A DNA stretch of 64,000 nt, counting the filler, from Lenisia limosa (taxonomy: Eukaryota > Protista > Breviatea): NCBI GenBank assembly GCA_001655205.1. It is 12 parts of 12 records of this genome, joined end to end, with 100 filler letters (N's around TTAATTAATTAA, not from the genome) between each part and the next. Parts side by side here need not be neighbours in the genome. Positions count along the whole stretch, not along the records: positions 1 to 5,251 come from LPNZ01000755.1; positions 5,352 to 27,412 come from LPNZ01008364.1; 10 more parts are not named here. One strand, 5' to 3'. Under the pieces are notes generated by a model, which saw only the letters and a program-made list of their open reading frames with translations, ran no database searches and had not been told where the DNA came from. This document shows positions 1-12,723 of the stretch, piece after piece (position 1 is the stretch's first letter; each line of letters starts with the position of its first letter). The translations under genes were made by a program, and so were the position numbers.

Positions 1-134
1 TTCTGCAGCACCACATCCCATTACAGCGGGGGTGGGGGAGGGGTAATGTAGTGATGATACAACTCAGTATTATTCGTGAATCTATCAAAATACTTGATTC
101 GGTCAAAAGAGTTCGTTGTTCATGCAGCTTACTC

Positions 135-3100
135 TTTGAACTGAGTCATATTAATCATAACATCTTTGGGCGGGGGATGGGTGGGAGTGGGTGTGAAGGC
201 GGGGTGAATGGAAGTGGGAGTTGGGGTAGAAGGAGGGGGGCTGGAGGGGCGAGCTGGCTGGAACACCCTGAATTGTGAAAATGATAAGAAGACAATTACA
301 CATTTATAGAAAATAACGGTCATAGTGAAAAGGTACACATATCATACCTGCGAAAGCAAAAGACCCTTCCTTTACTGAACTCAGGAAAGAGGAGTGACGC
401 ATGAAACATGACAAAACAAAAGGTTATCAACAGCTTTTCCCTCCATCAAATATTGCTATTTGGGAATTGCACAACAGAACAATATTGTTTGTGAGTGAGA
501 AACCCCACACAGCCGTCTTTTATATCATGAGAAACCCCAGACAGCCGTCTTTTATCCCATGCATAGAAATGCCAAGGGCTTACCTGGGGTAATCTTTTTG
601 CACCACATGAGGCTGAAACAGTCAAACAAACACATAAGTATAACGTCAAGAGAGCCACACTAGTTTTAACATTATTGTAAAGTCATTTTTTGAATACAGC
701 TATTCGTTATTGAGGTGAGAACCTCCAATCACATATAGTATGTAGTAATATATGTATACTATATGATAAATACATACACTATATTATATCATATACATTA
801 ACCCATATCCACGTGATATGATTATATGACCGACTTTTAAGTAAAAATGATGAACGAAGATAACACGAAGGTTCACCCCGAGTGTATCAGAGTATCATTT
901 CGACTTGTCGGTCAATTATCATACGAGTGGATATGAGGTATCATATCACTGCGTGGAAAATGATAGTTCACACGTGTGAATGATCCAAAAAGTGATATGA
1001 TATGTATTATAATAGCATACCCAGAAACCGTCCTCTCCTCTGTTAACAACCCGCACCTGAAAGGTCAGGAGGGAGATGCAAGAGAATAAAAGGATAATAA
1101 TAAAAGAAGTATTTACTCGAAGCCGTCCACACCATCGAATTCTTCAGTTAGTATATCATATGATAAGATAGTATGATATCATACTAGTTTTATCGAGCCG
1201 AAGCCGTCCACACCATTACGCTCATAAGAGATATTGGATATCATCTAGTATAATGTTAATTCACCCAATCATTTGCCTCGCAACTCTGTGTACACAGCTT
1301 TCTGCGTGCCTCCAGCAATAATATATGATTTGTAAAACATTAATGCACCCAAATATTAGGATGAAGAACACTAAGTACTTTATGTGATATTATATTGACA
1401 CCTTCCCTAAGATACAAAAAAACACCAGGAAACATCGCAGGTAGGGACCTAATAATCATCCAGATTGATCACCCCCCTCCCCCGACAGTGCATTGTCTCA
1501 AGCAATCCATGCATTCCTATATTGTAAAAAACGGAAACTGTAAGCAGAATTGAAAACTTACAAAAGAAGTATCGAACCAAGTAATTGTAATTTGGCTTTT
1601 CAACATGATAACTTATGATATGGAGTACAATAACCCAGTGGTAATAGAGTTATATTGTAATGAAATGACTATATCTGTTCATATGACTTTCGAGTCGAAA
1701 TGATGAACGAAAATATCAAGGGTTCATCCCGAGTGCATTAGAGTATCATTGAGACTCGTCAGTCAATTATCAATAGGCAGCATCTGAGAAAGCACAACTT
1801 CCCCCAGTTCTTACCGAATTTTTTATCGTTGCACAAAAGAAACCTTCAGCTAAGCACTCGCTACAACAACGGAAGTGGTCGCTGTTATAAAACTTTGCTG
1901 AGTTGGCATTGTACTGCTTCTCCGTGCTACAGATATCAAAGTCTTCTCGACCGCAGGGGTGAGGAGTTGAGAAGGGTGTCAAGATATGAGCAATAAATGT
2001 ATTTGCATTAATTACAAATGAACCACAAACGTATTGATTTGTCGCACCGACATCTCAATGAACTCTGTTTGAGGAGCCCAAATGTCATCATTATGGCTAT
2101 ACTGGATCGTAAGTGCCTAAATCATGAGATAACAAGAAATTTAATGTTGAACACGTTTATTGAGATATTGATATTTATGCATATAAATTATTCAATGAAC
2201 TTCCAAACGAAATGAATACACAGAATAACCCAGCACCCCCTCCATCCCACCACGCAGTTCCTTCGGCATCGTAAACACTTCTACAGAATTAGAGCCAAAA
2301 AAGACCACCAATGCTACCCTTTAAAAGGGGGTCATCTTGAGTACATCCGATCAGGATAGTAGAGCAAAATTGTTCAAGATAATCAAAACGAAATCCTTCA
2401 AACCTTCTGTTTTATGACATTACTCAAGAAGCCTTCCTCAAAACAGAGGTCACACACCGCAAGCTTGAGTGTGTCACCCATAACCTTTTCAACAAATCTC
2501 TCATATTGGTCGTTTGTCCTAAATCACATAACTTTTGTGACATTTCCCTGTGTTCATTGTTCAAACTGAGGAACAATAGTCTTAATCTATATCACGACAT
2601 AATATGATATCTAATATCCACACGTATGATAAATGTCGAATAAGTCTCAGCACACTCAGAATGAACCGTCGTATGATCATATCACTAGCTTATATGGACA
2701 ACCTAACAAACTATCACACAATGGACCTGAAAGAAGAGGTACTACTCTGGTTGAAAAGACTAAATTTCTCCATCCTTGATACCCTCGAAGCACCACCATA
2801 GCCAAAAGCTGTCCACGTGTCACCCCACTAACAGATGTCCTTGATGCAGTTTCATTTGACCACAGTAGGACATCATTGTGCCTGCAAAATCAAAGAGAAG
2901 GAGGGGGAAATACTAATAAAACGAAAACGTAATCAACATATTTTCTTTCCAGACCTATCAAATTATTCTAATGCAAATATGTTTGCCTTGGGGAAGAATG
3001 AATAACTGATGAATAACGCGTAAATTTACATAGGTTGTCACAGTCCAGACGAAGCTATACACAATGCACTTCGGGTGCCTTCCCCAAACTATTTGCCAAA

Positions 3101-5231
3101 TGCGAAGTGCTTTGCGCATCAACATCACTCCTCTATCTAACACAAGACAAGCCTCTTGGTGCGGTCACATTCAACATCACCCCATGATATATAACAATAA
3201 TGTCAATACAACCTTACATACACTCTCTACTCAAATGGACGAAGAAAAACAGACAGTGTGGCACTTACTCACTCTTGTATGCGTGGTTGTGTCAGAGCAA
3301 AACAAGAGCAAACAAACAGTTTTCTAACTAAACAATTTCAGTTTCAAAAAAAGAACCTCTTGCGCCCAGGGAAAATACGGAGTCTTTTTTGCCAGGCTAG
3401 AGGGCTCATCATGAAATCATGCTTTTGACAATTGTTAATTGTGACAAGACAACTGCTCAACCAACTCAAGATTTACCCTTATTAAACTACATTCCTCTTT
3501 GCCAGCTGGTCCATGGACAACCCCGACAAGACCGCAATTGATATTATAAATGTACGTTCACATATTAGAACTATGAATACAGGAATGCAAAAGCTGCCCA
3601 ATGCTCAATCATAATAATAATACATCATAAATTACACCATAACAAACACCTTAGTTTCCCCCCACCGCTGATGACTCATTCCTAAAATGATGAGAACAGA
3701 GAATGGGCCAGAAGTTCAATGTCATAAAACTTGGAGTATATTCAGTAAAAAACACTCCTCTCTGAAAAATCGGTCATGGAGTAGAAACAAGAAATCTGAA
3801 TCTGAAGTTCACACCCCAACGCTTGTTCGAGATTGACAAAAGTAGAATCAAAGAAAAAAAGAAAAGAAAAAGGCGGATCTATCTCAGCCCCCTCTTTGAA
3901 TATTTGAATTGCTCGATTTCTTAACAGCCATTCTACTTCCACAAATAAACATTCTTTTCAAATATTTCATGCAATGTATCCCAGTATTCTCTCAGTATTC
4001 TTCCCCCCTCCCCACGCTTGGTTTTCATCTCGCACTTGTGATGAATGGTCTCCTGTCACAATCAACTTTTCCTTATCATGTGGCTTGGCTTCCTCCTTCT
4101 TCTCTTCCTCTTCTTCCTCTTCTTCCTTCTTCTCTTCCTCTTCTTCCTTCTTCTCTTCCTCTTCTTCCTTCTTCTCTTCCTCATCATCCTTCTTCTCTTC
4201 CTCATCATCCTTCTTCTCTTCCTCTTCCTTCTTCTCTTCCTCTTCTTCTTTCTTCTCTTCCTCTTCTTCCTTCTTCTCTTCCTCTTCCTCTTCCTCTTCT
4301 TCCTTCTTCTCTTCCTTTTCTTCCTCTTTCTCTACCTCCTTCTTCCCCTTTTTCTCAACTTTCTTTTTCTCCACCTTTTTCTTTTCAACCTTTGTCTTCT
4401 CCACCTTTTTCTTTTCGACTTTTTTCTTCTCCACCTTTTTCTTCTCTTTTTTCTCAACTTTTTTCTCAACAGTGGAAGGTTCCTAAACGAATTAATAAAA
4501 CCAAGCCTATAGTGATATAATTGAGGAGCAATGCAATCTTCATAAAATATAGAACGAAAAATCATTGAAGTATTTCATATTATACATTTGTATGATACTA
4601 TTATAGCCATCAACTGTCACATTCTGATGTCATTCGGCGTATTCACCAAGCCCATAGAGCTCACAAGAGGTTCCAAAGAGAGACACAAATCAGACACCTT
4701 TGAAGGCGCCATAGGTAGCGGGGGGTAGGCATCGAGAGGCGGCACTGCTATACTCGGAAACTCGATGCACGGTGTCGACGTCGTAGGCCCTTCAGTGAGA
4801 ACCTGCAATATCAAAAAGGGCCTTCATATCAAAAAGGGCCTGATGTTGTGAAATGACTTCGCGTTTATAAGTTCTATTCAGATATGTTGTAAGCGCCTTG
4901 AAGATTGTTCATTTCCATATCAAGGTCCCCACCATATCCAATTTCTTTGGCGCATTAATTTTGGGCTGGACTTTGCGCTTCTTCGGAGTTTTTGTCTCAC
5001 CCTCCTCTTTGATCTTTGCTCTTTTAGGCTCCTGTGCTTTGCCAGATGAGTCAGCTCTCTCCTTCTTTTGCTGTCTCTGAAGAGGGTCAATTTATCCACT
5101 CATTGTGCCACTCAGCTCCGTCCACTCGGATTTTAGAATACCTCTCATTACCTTAAGCCGCGAATGCTCCTTTGAGACTTCGGCCATTTTGGCCACGATG
5201 ACGGACTTGTGCTCTTCGTCTGCTGCTTGTC
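135..5231 (-). CDS. Unidentified multi-exon protein with a Lys/Glu-rich low-complexity exon (partial; may be two genes)
   Basis: Minus-strand exons bounded by AG/GT, e.g. LQTVEQRQAADEEHKSVIVAKMAEVSKEHSRLK (~5150-5231), EPSTVEKKVEKK...EEEEKK...VRDENQA (~4019-4482), HNDVLLWSNETASRTSVSGVTRGQLLAMVVLRGYQGWRNLV (~2725-2882) and VRVVNRGEDGFW (~1026-1062). No family recognised. Confidence 0.5.
805..1005 (+). repeat. Family C interspersed repeat (~200 bp) ending in GATAT-type microsatellite
   Basis: ATATGACCGACTTT..GATGAACGAA..GGTTCACCCCGAGTGTATCAGAGTATCATT..GGAAAATGATAGTTC..GTGTGAA.TGA.CCAAAAAGTGATATGA; homologues at 1665-1775, 2600-2690 (reverse), 18040-18180, 21050-21155 and 56978-57180. Confidence 0.85.
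1195..1320 (-). repeat. Family D intronic repeat (~130-150 bp)
   Basis: Plus strand GAAGCCGTCCACACCATTACGCTCATAAGAGATATTGG..TTCACCCAATCATTTGCCTCGCAACTCTGTGTACACAGCTTTCTGCGTGCCTCCAGCA; homologues at 6076, 13790, 27115-27240, 41415, 51495-51590, 54635-54740, 59385, 60030 and 60721-60970. Confidence 0.85.
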
Positions 5232-5295
5232 GCTGCTCAACTGTCTGCAATNNNNNNNNNNNNNNNNNNNNNNNNNNNNNNNNNNNNNNNNNNNN

Positions 5296-5307
5296 TTAAT
5301 TAATTAA
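5296..5307. other. Artificial scaffold linker TTAATTAATTAA within N-runs (first of 11)
   Basis: Same 12-mer flanked by Ns at 5296, 27457, 33810, 36362, 43974, 48623, 50142, 53265, 57480, 60665 and 62811. It places stops in all six frames, so adjacent blocks are not physically linked. Confidence 0.97.
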
Positions 5308-5485
5308 NNNNNNNNNNNNNNNNNNNNNNNNNNNNNNNNNNNNNNNNNNNNTGGAAAATTATAAAACAAAAAACCCCAAATCAACTCTGTTGGCTGACAA
5401 CACATGAGGGTTGGTAACAAGTTATGTCTAATAAAGCACAAGAAAGAAAAACGGGACCAAGGAATAACAACGGATCAAATAGATA

Positions 5486-6822
5486 TTAACGGAAAATAGA
5501 GGGACAATCCATTCCATTAAAAAATTGAGAATAAGCAGCAAACCTCATTTGTGGTTGTTCCTGACGCTCCAGTAACCTGGGCAACTTGGCTGTCGAAGAT
5601 CTGTTCAAGTTAACATCCAACAAATCGCTACTGAGCTCAACTCGAGATAAACTCTCTTCATGCCCAGGAATTCTGCTCACTCTAATCCAGCCGTACGTCG
5701 CGGTATCGGATGCAGCCCCATGTACCAGACTATATCCTTCAAGATCGCAGTACACTGCGGGTGGGTTAGATCATACAACTAGGGCTTCCCTACGGTTCCA
5801 AAAAAGAGTGAATCTCCCGATAAATCCTCGATAACTATCGATATCTTAACGGTCTTTTTTTGGACCGCAGGGAGCCCTACATGCAACACAACAATTAAGG
5901 AGAAGTGGAAGACTTCGCTGCAATTTCAAAGACATACACATACCTGGTCTCTTGACTCCCTCAATTTCGATAAGGTACATATCCGCCACCCTCGCCTCCG
6001 CCACCGCTTCGGTACAGTTCGAGAAAGACGTCACTGTGGAAAATTATCGACAGGGAGCCATAATTGTTGTCATTGAAGCCGTCCACACCATCACGCTTAT
6101 AATAATGTCACACCAATACATATAGCACCACAAACACCCCTCCCCCACCACAAGCATTGTTGCAATAGTCAGTGAGCTCCAATAAGTCCAACCCAGTCTA
6201 AACGACATTAAGACTAAACACCTTTGGTAACTGTCTATACTGCTGCTGCGATTTCTGACAGAAGGGAAACCCAATTAGCTCTCAAGAAGACCCTCCCACT
6301 ATGACTCTCTTTGCATTACAGTCGTCTTGTCTCAGAGCAGTACCAAATCTGGAATGGGTAAATGGGCTCAAAACCTGGGTGTGTGTTATGAAATGAGAAA
6401 CGCTATGATATGCACTGATTCTTTACTGTTTGAACAACAAAATACACCACGTGGTCCAACACTATTGCTAATCAATGTATCGATCAGTGTAGAGATCCCA
6501 TGGTCGATATTTCGCAACAAGAGATATGATACCCAGGGTTTTGCTTTTCCTCCAGACCACTAGTCTGTCCAAATTCGGTTTTCTGAGAGCCCGACCTTCC
6601 CGCCTTACCCGCAAGCATTCCCACAGCTGTCAAACACAGGTTGTCGGCAAGGGAATAACGAAACATCCTAAAACATAATCGCGGATGAATAAAGAGGAGA
6701 CAAACAGAGGGGCATTGGCAGAGCGTTCCTGTGAGTTGTCCTGATGGAAGAAGGTTTAGACTGGCTTCGGTGTGACTGAACAACGCCCAAGCAAGCAGTT
6801 GCAGGACTAACAATAGTGACAT
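5486..6822 (-). CDS. Putative secreted protein, multi-exon, unidentified
   Basis: ATG at 6822 begins a signal-peptide-like MSLLLVLQLLAWALFSHTEA. AG/GT-bounded exons follow at ~6530-6667, ~5944-6034 and ~5540-5755. Confidence 0.35.
5780..5878. mobile_element. MITE family A (CCCTACGG subtype), TA-flanked
   Basis: TA-GGGCTTCCCTACGGTTCCAAAAAAGA...TCTTTTTTGGACCGCAGGGAGCCC-TA; terminal inverted repeats of ~28 bp. Confidence 0.85.
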
Positions 6823-7177
6823 GTTCTGTCTTCTGGTTCTCAGGTTCTCAATCCAGTCTCAGTCAATATACTTACTATTGCCCTATTGCCACTTCGTGCT
6901 CTTCTTGCCCAATCTGCGCCCAATCTTGCCTCTTCCTCTCCCATTTCTCTCTTCTTCACAGGATTGGCTTGTTTCATTACACCCCCATGAATATTTTATA
7001 TAACAACTTCGTATTCGTCGTGACTTTTCCATCTTTACTTAATTATATATTGTTTATAGTATTATACTTAGTGTATTATAATAATAATATAACTGTGACC
7101 GGCAAAGTGAAGAAGTGAAGAGTGACGTCAAGTCCCTTCGGCATTCCTATCAATAAATAAGGTTGGTGCTCATGATC

Positions 7178-9863
7178 AGATGTTGTTGATAGTCGGGTGT
7201 AATAGTGCTGCCGGGCTGCCGGGGGGTAATAGTAACTTTTGAACACATGAGTCTGGTGGGTGGAAGGGTTTCAGGGAAATAGGCTGCCAATCTTCCAATC
7301 GTTTCATTTTGAGGTAATATTTCCACTCATATTTTTCTCCATGGGCCTTATAGCCACCCGTGTGATCGCTGAAGACAATTCTCATGGAGCTTTGATAAAA
7401 CCATATTGCCATAAAATGTCTGTGTTATTCTAGGGGATAGATATGTATTATCATATTACCATTTCATACGCATTATGGAACAGGATGGGTAGTCTCATTA
7501 CTCTTACCCACCTCACGCCCTTGTAGTCGACAGACTGATAACTATGCGATTCACTTTGGTGATCCGAGCTATACTTGTGACGTTTTCCCTTTTGTTTTTT
7601 GGGTTTGATGGGTGTGAAGAGTCATCAATTGCTGATTTCTGAATTCCAAATATCTGCAATTTAGTATCCCCATTTCAACGCGAGACTTACATGGTACATA
7701 CCATTTGAGCTTCCCTACGGTCCGAAAAAGACCATCAAAATATCGATAATTTTCAAAGATTTATCGAGCAATTCCTTCTTTTTTGGGTCTGAGGGAAGCA
7801 GTAGCACCAGCCTCCCCACCTCGCTTAGATTGGCTGTTTTCAGATCCTCTTGTATTTTTAACTATNNNNNNNNNNNNNNNNNNNNNNNNNNNNNNNNNNN
7901 NNNNNNNNNNNNNNNNNNNNNNNNNNNNNNNNNNNNNNNNNNNNNNNNNNNNNNNNNNNNNNNNNNNNNNNNNNNNNNNNNNNNNNNNNNNNNNNNNNNN
8001 NNNNNNNNNNNNNNNNNNNATGTTTTCTGGTTTTGGCCACAATTAGCCTTCTTAGCTTAACAATACTTTTTATCACGGCTCAAATCAATAGTCATGTTTA
8101 AACCTAAACTGATCCGTAAGGTGGAGACGTTGAACGTTACGTCAATCAACTCTTTGGCATTGGAGCAGAGGCTCCAGGCTTTGGAAGAGGCACAGACTGA
8201 AATGCTGTCACAGGTCAGCGGGGGGGGGGGCACTTCGTCTTCAATCGGTTCTGGAATGTATACATAAGATATGACAATAGTGTTTATCTTTTTCGGACAA
8301 AAGTAAATGTGGAAGACTTAGTTTTAATGGATTAGTGTGATTATGGAAAGTGGAATGGAATGGATGAATTGTTTCATGACTTCATGATTGTCTTCAGAGG
8401 GATATCTTTTTGTATTTATTGATCAACAACCAACTGTTTTCCTTTTCTGACCTTCTTAGATTGAAACGCTTGAGAAAAACGGTGAGTTTGGGGAGTAATA
8501 TAAGTACAGTTTCTAATTGCTATCCTATGCTATGAAGTCTTTTGTATTCCACATATATTCAAAAACGTTTGGTGGATAACAGTCCTAGTGTTTATGGTGA
8601 ATAACAGTCCTAGTGTTTATGCCAGGTAACTGGACGGTGTTGATTGGACTCACTACGAACACTGTTTATGGCCCTGCCAGTACGGGGGCCCTTGTTTCAG
8701 TTCTTATTATTCCTTATTTTATTCAGCAATGATCTCATTTATTATTATATGGAGAGACGAGAAATAGCCGGTCTCTATGATGCTAGCTTTAATAGAGACT
8801 TTACTGCAAAAAAAGAGAAATATAAACTGGTAGTATTAGTCCGAAGCTGTGCTATTGTATGTTGTTTTTCTTTGATTTATTAAATGACAACATACGCTCT
8901 TATACAAAAATCTTATCTTATATGATATTATATGTATTATTACATGTATGATATCTTACTAATTAATAATATGATATTATCTTCATCCTTCAAGATATGC
9001 ATTATCCCCTCGTGCCCTCTTAAACCATTCAGTCGGTAGCGGACAGCTTCACGTGTACAACTCACCCTCTGGCAACAACCCATATACGTCTTGGATCAAG
9101 ATGGGTATCAAAGCTGGAGACACTAATCTTGAAGATGTCTGTAGGGGGGTACATCTTCCTTTTTTCGGTCCCCACGTGTATCTCCAACAAATGGCTTGCT
9201 TGAATTCCTGAGACTGTCAGTTGGGCTTCATTTCGGTCCGAAAAAGACCGGTAAAATATCGATAGCTTTCCAGGAATTCAGTCTTTTTTCGAACCGTAGT
9301 GAAGCCCTAGAGTTATTAGTAGCCCCAACTGAATACTTCTCAAAGAGCGAGATTTTCAAGTAGTAGGGGATTAATGGAACATATGTTGATTTCCCTTTTT
9401 CAACACAGGTGTCAAAAGCAACAGCGCGAAAGATTAGTGGGACCAACTACGATATGGGTGACTCAATATGGTCAGTGGGGAGATCAATAATGCCAGTGGG
9501 GAGACTCAATATGGTTAGTGCATGCGTTACATGCGTGTAACGAACAGAACAATTCTCGTTATCTACTCTGTCTTTTACTGGAAGGTCTCACTTTCCTCCA
9601 AATGAAATATGTCCTGACATGTTTAGTGTCATTGTTCCTGATGGATTCTACTGGGGTGTCGCACTTGGAGGCAGTGGGTATGGGAGAACGCTGGAATGGG
9701 AGGAAATACTGATCTCTTTGTCTTTGTCGTTTCCTGGCTGTTCTAAAATGATGCATTGGTTTTATGGAACAATTCTCACCTCTCCAGCTAACGTGGTGAA
9801 ATATCAGCCTCTGACCAAAGGTGCCACTCTCGACCCCAGTGTTCTCCCTCCTGCGAATAACTA
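7178..9863 (+). CDS. Unidentified multi-exon protein
   Basis: Plus-strand AG/GT-bounded exons: VETLNVTSINSLALEQRLQALEEAQTEMLSQ (8121-8213), IETLEK, VGSGQLHVYNSPSGNNPYTSWIKMG (~9032-9140), VSKATARKISGTNYDM, and a last exon ending TAG at ~9863. The start is uncertain. Confidence 0.4.
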
Positions 9864-9963
9864 GGGTACCTAGTTTCGTCCTCTTTTTCTCGATTATTTT
9901 CTCTTTATCTCTAGTATTTTGTTTATTACACATGTACAGTAAATGTGGTGATGTAGTATTATG

Positions 9964-10061
9964 AGGGCTTCACTTCGGTTCGGAAAATACCGGTAAAATG
10001 TCGATAATTTTCGAAGAATTTTCGAGAAATTCACTCTTTTTTTAACCGAAGTGAAGCCCTA
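9964..10061. mobile_element. MITE family A (CACTTCGG subtype)
   Basis: GGGCTTCACTTCGGTTCGGAAAA...TTTTTAACCGAAGTGAAGCCC-TA. Confidence 0.85.
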
Positions 10062-10209
10062 AGTATTATCAGTAAATCTTTCAACACAGAGTGAATTAGG
10101 TTACGAGAACAAGTCCTGCAAAATTCTTAAATAGGTACATTACATTTGTCACTCCACAAACAGACACCACACAGTGAATAAATACCACCATTACCTTCTC
10201 ACACCCTCC

Positions 10210-12682
10210 TCACTCAGGACGGACCAATTTCCACAGGGTACCAAGGGTCAGATTGTCGCGATCTGTTTCTTTGGTGCTGGACTTGCGGCCTTGACGCGCT
10301 ACGAGGGTTAGCAAAGGGAGAGCTATGGGTGAGAGGAACCTGTATATCTCGCTCATATACATTTGCTTAGGGAGGTAAGCTATGCATTGATAAGCAGAGG
10401 TAAATAAACCATGCCAAAGAGCGGGCATAAGCTTGAACTTTGAGAACAGAAAACTCAAAAGTAGAGTTTCACTTCGGTTCGAAAAAGACCAGAAAATGTC
10501 GATAACTATCGAAGATTATCGGGAAATTCAGTCTTTTTTCGACACAAAAGATAGCAGGATCTCATTGTGGGTTCTTTAACGGCTCTTCTCATCCCCTACA
10601 GAATCAGCCCCCCACCAAGCCCCTCCACGCGGTCCTCAACAGAATCTGCCACAATATAGCGCCGGATGAACGAGGGTCGTGTCTGGCCTATGCGGAAGAT
10701 TCGGTTCACGGCTTGTGCCTTTGAGGTGATCAACGGAATCGAAATGGGAGGAATCGAAATTGGAGGAATCGATTATTTGAGTAAATGGACATAGTTGGCT
10801 GAATCGTCTTTGAAACTACACAGACCCCATTTGTGAAATGGAAAACCTATTTTGTGTGTTAAATGGAAAGTACAGTGACCAGGATAAGTCCTGACCTATT
10901 TTCCTTGGGAAATCACATTGATAATTGGTCAAGACTTATCCCGGTCTCTGTATATTATGAACAGGTACAGTTGAATGTGACGGGGGCATATAGGTGTCGT
11001 CTAAATGCTGCCTCAGGTGTAGAAATGAGCAAACACAAACAAGGTGGTATCTGACCAAAACTGTCCCAACATCCAGATATCAGATCGTAGTGCAATAATG
11101 AACCCCCCCACTTCGGCACCAGGACTAATCAGAGGCTCAATGAGAAAGACGTAATTTGCCTCAGTGATATTCAGGCCGTTGGCACCACTAAAACATCACA
11201 AATGCCTAAACAAGCAAGTGGCTAAGGGCTTCACTTCGGTTCGAAAAAAGACTGCATTTCTCGATAAATCCTCGAAAGCTATCGATATTTTGCGGGTATT
11301 CTTCGGACCAAACATAGTGAATAACATTTGCTAGTGAGAGTCCAACCTTTTAATTGGCAGCAAAAGAGCATGATCCTCGGACTTCTTGAAGGTTGCAATT
11401 CTCTTATGGAAGTTTTTCCTGAAACAGTCATATCAGGCACATTTTCTGATAATAATGATATTTGTTTTGTTCTCTTTACCTCCACCTCGGATTAGTACTA
11501 TTACATAAATACTCACCTGGTGTTTAATGAGTTTACCCCCCCCCCACTCTGGCTTAATGAGTTGGTGGGATATGTTGCATTTCTTGAGGGCATTCGACAC
11601 GATCAGAAGAAGCTCAGGCCACTGGACAATTTAGCTTTGAAATATTCTCTACCAAGCATTTAAGGTTCCACAAAGCAAACCTGAGAGAAGATAAGTGCCT
11701 TATTTGTCACATCCAGGGCAATCATCCGCATCATGTCCGATACAATAGCCTGGAAAGGTAAAGGGAGGGGGGGTAAAACGAGGAAATATCGATGAAGAAT
11801 ATTAGTGTAAAGATACTAAACACGAACCGAATAATTTGAAACTCCAAGCAAGAAACAAAAAACAAGCAATAACGTAAAATTGGAAAATTTATTAAACAAA
11901 AAAGTAAAACGAAGGAATTTTCGTTGAAGATAGGGGGGGGGGGATGATTGAAAAAGACCTCTGAACCAGTNNNNNNNNNNNNNNNNNNNNNNNNNNNNNN
12001 NNNNNNNNNNNNNNNNNNNNNNNNNNNNNNNNNNNNNNNNNNNNNNNNNNNNNNTGAAGGAGGTCCTGACATTCAGGGGTAGTAAGCCCCATGTAAATAT
12101 TCAGGGAATAAAGGAGCTAACCTCAACTTTGGAACCCAGGCCAGAAGGAAGACGATCTATGATCACAGTCTTCAGAGGGTCATGCGAATTGTCTTCCTCG
12201 TTAGCTATAGAAACTGGCCGGCTCGGACATGGTACAATAACCTGGGAAGGTAAGGGTGGTGCCTTTCTCATATTCCCCCTCTCCCAATACAACAACACCT
12301 CTCTCATAAACATAACTTTTCCACCTTCGGTTCGAAATAAGACTGAATTTTTCGAAAACTGCTTAAAAGATATCGACATTTTACCAATATTTTCGAACGG
12401 AAGCCACAATTGTTTTAATGACACAACAAAGTCTGTTGTTACTGGTCAAAGGGTTTCAATAAGTCCAAAAAAGACTGGTAAAAATATGAGGATATCAAAA
12501 AATTCAGCCTTTTCAGATTAAAAGTGGAGGCCAAACTACGTGGTATGGTAAACCAACCTCTTTTCTGTGCACATTGGTTCGACAAGTGGGACATCTGAAG
12601 TACTGGCCAAGAGATTGCTCCATTATCGTCAAAATACACTATATGCATTATCGTCCAAGCAAAATATAAACGTTATGTTCAA

Positions 12683-12723
<41 letters not shown>

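Noticed and set aside
3909-4520. Three hydrophobic plus-strand ORFs as membrane proteins
   Set aside because: They are antisense shadows of the K/E-rich minus-strand exon.
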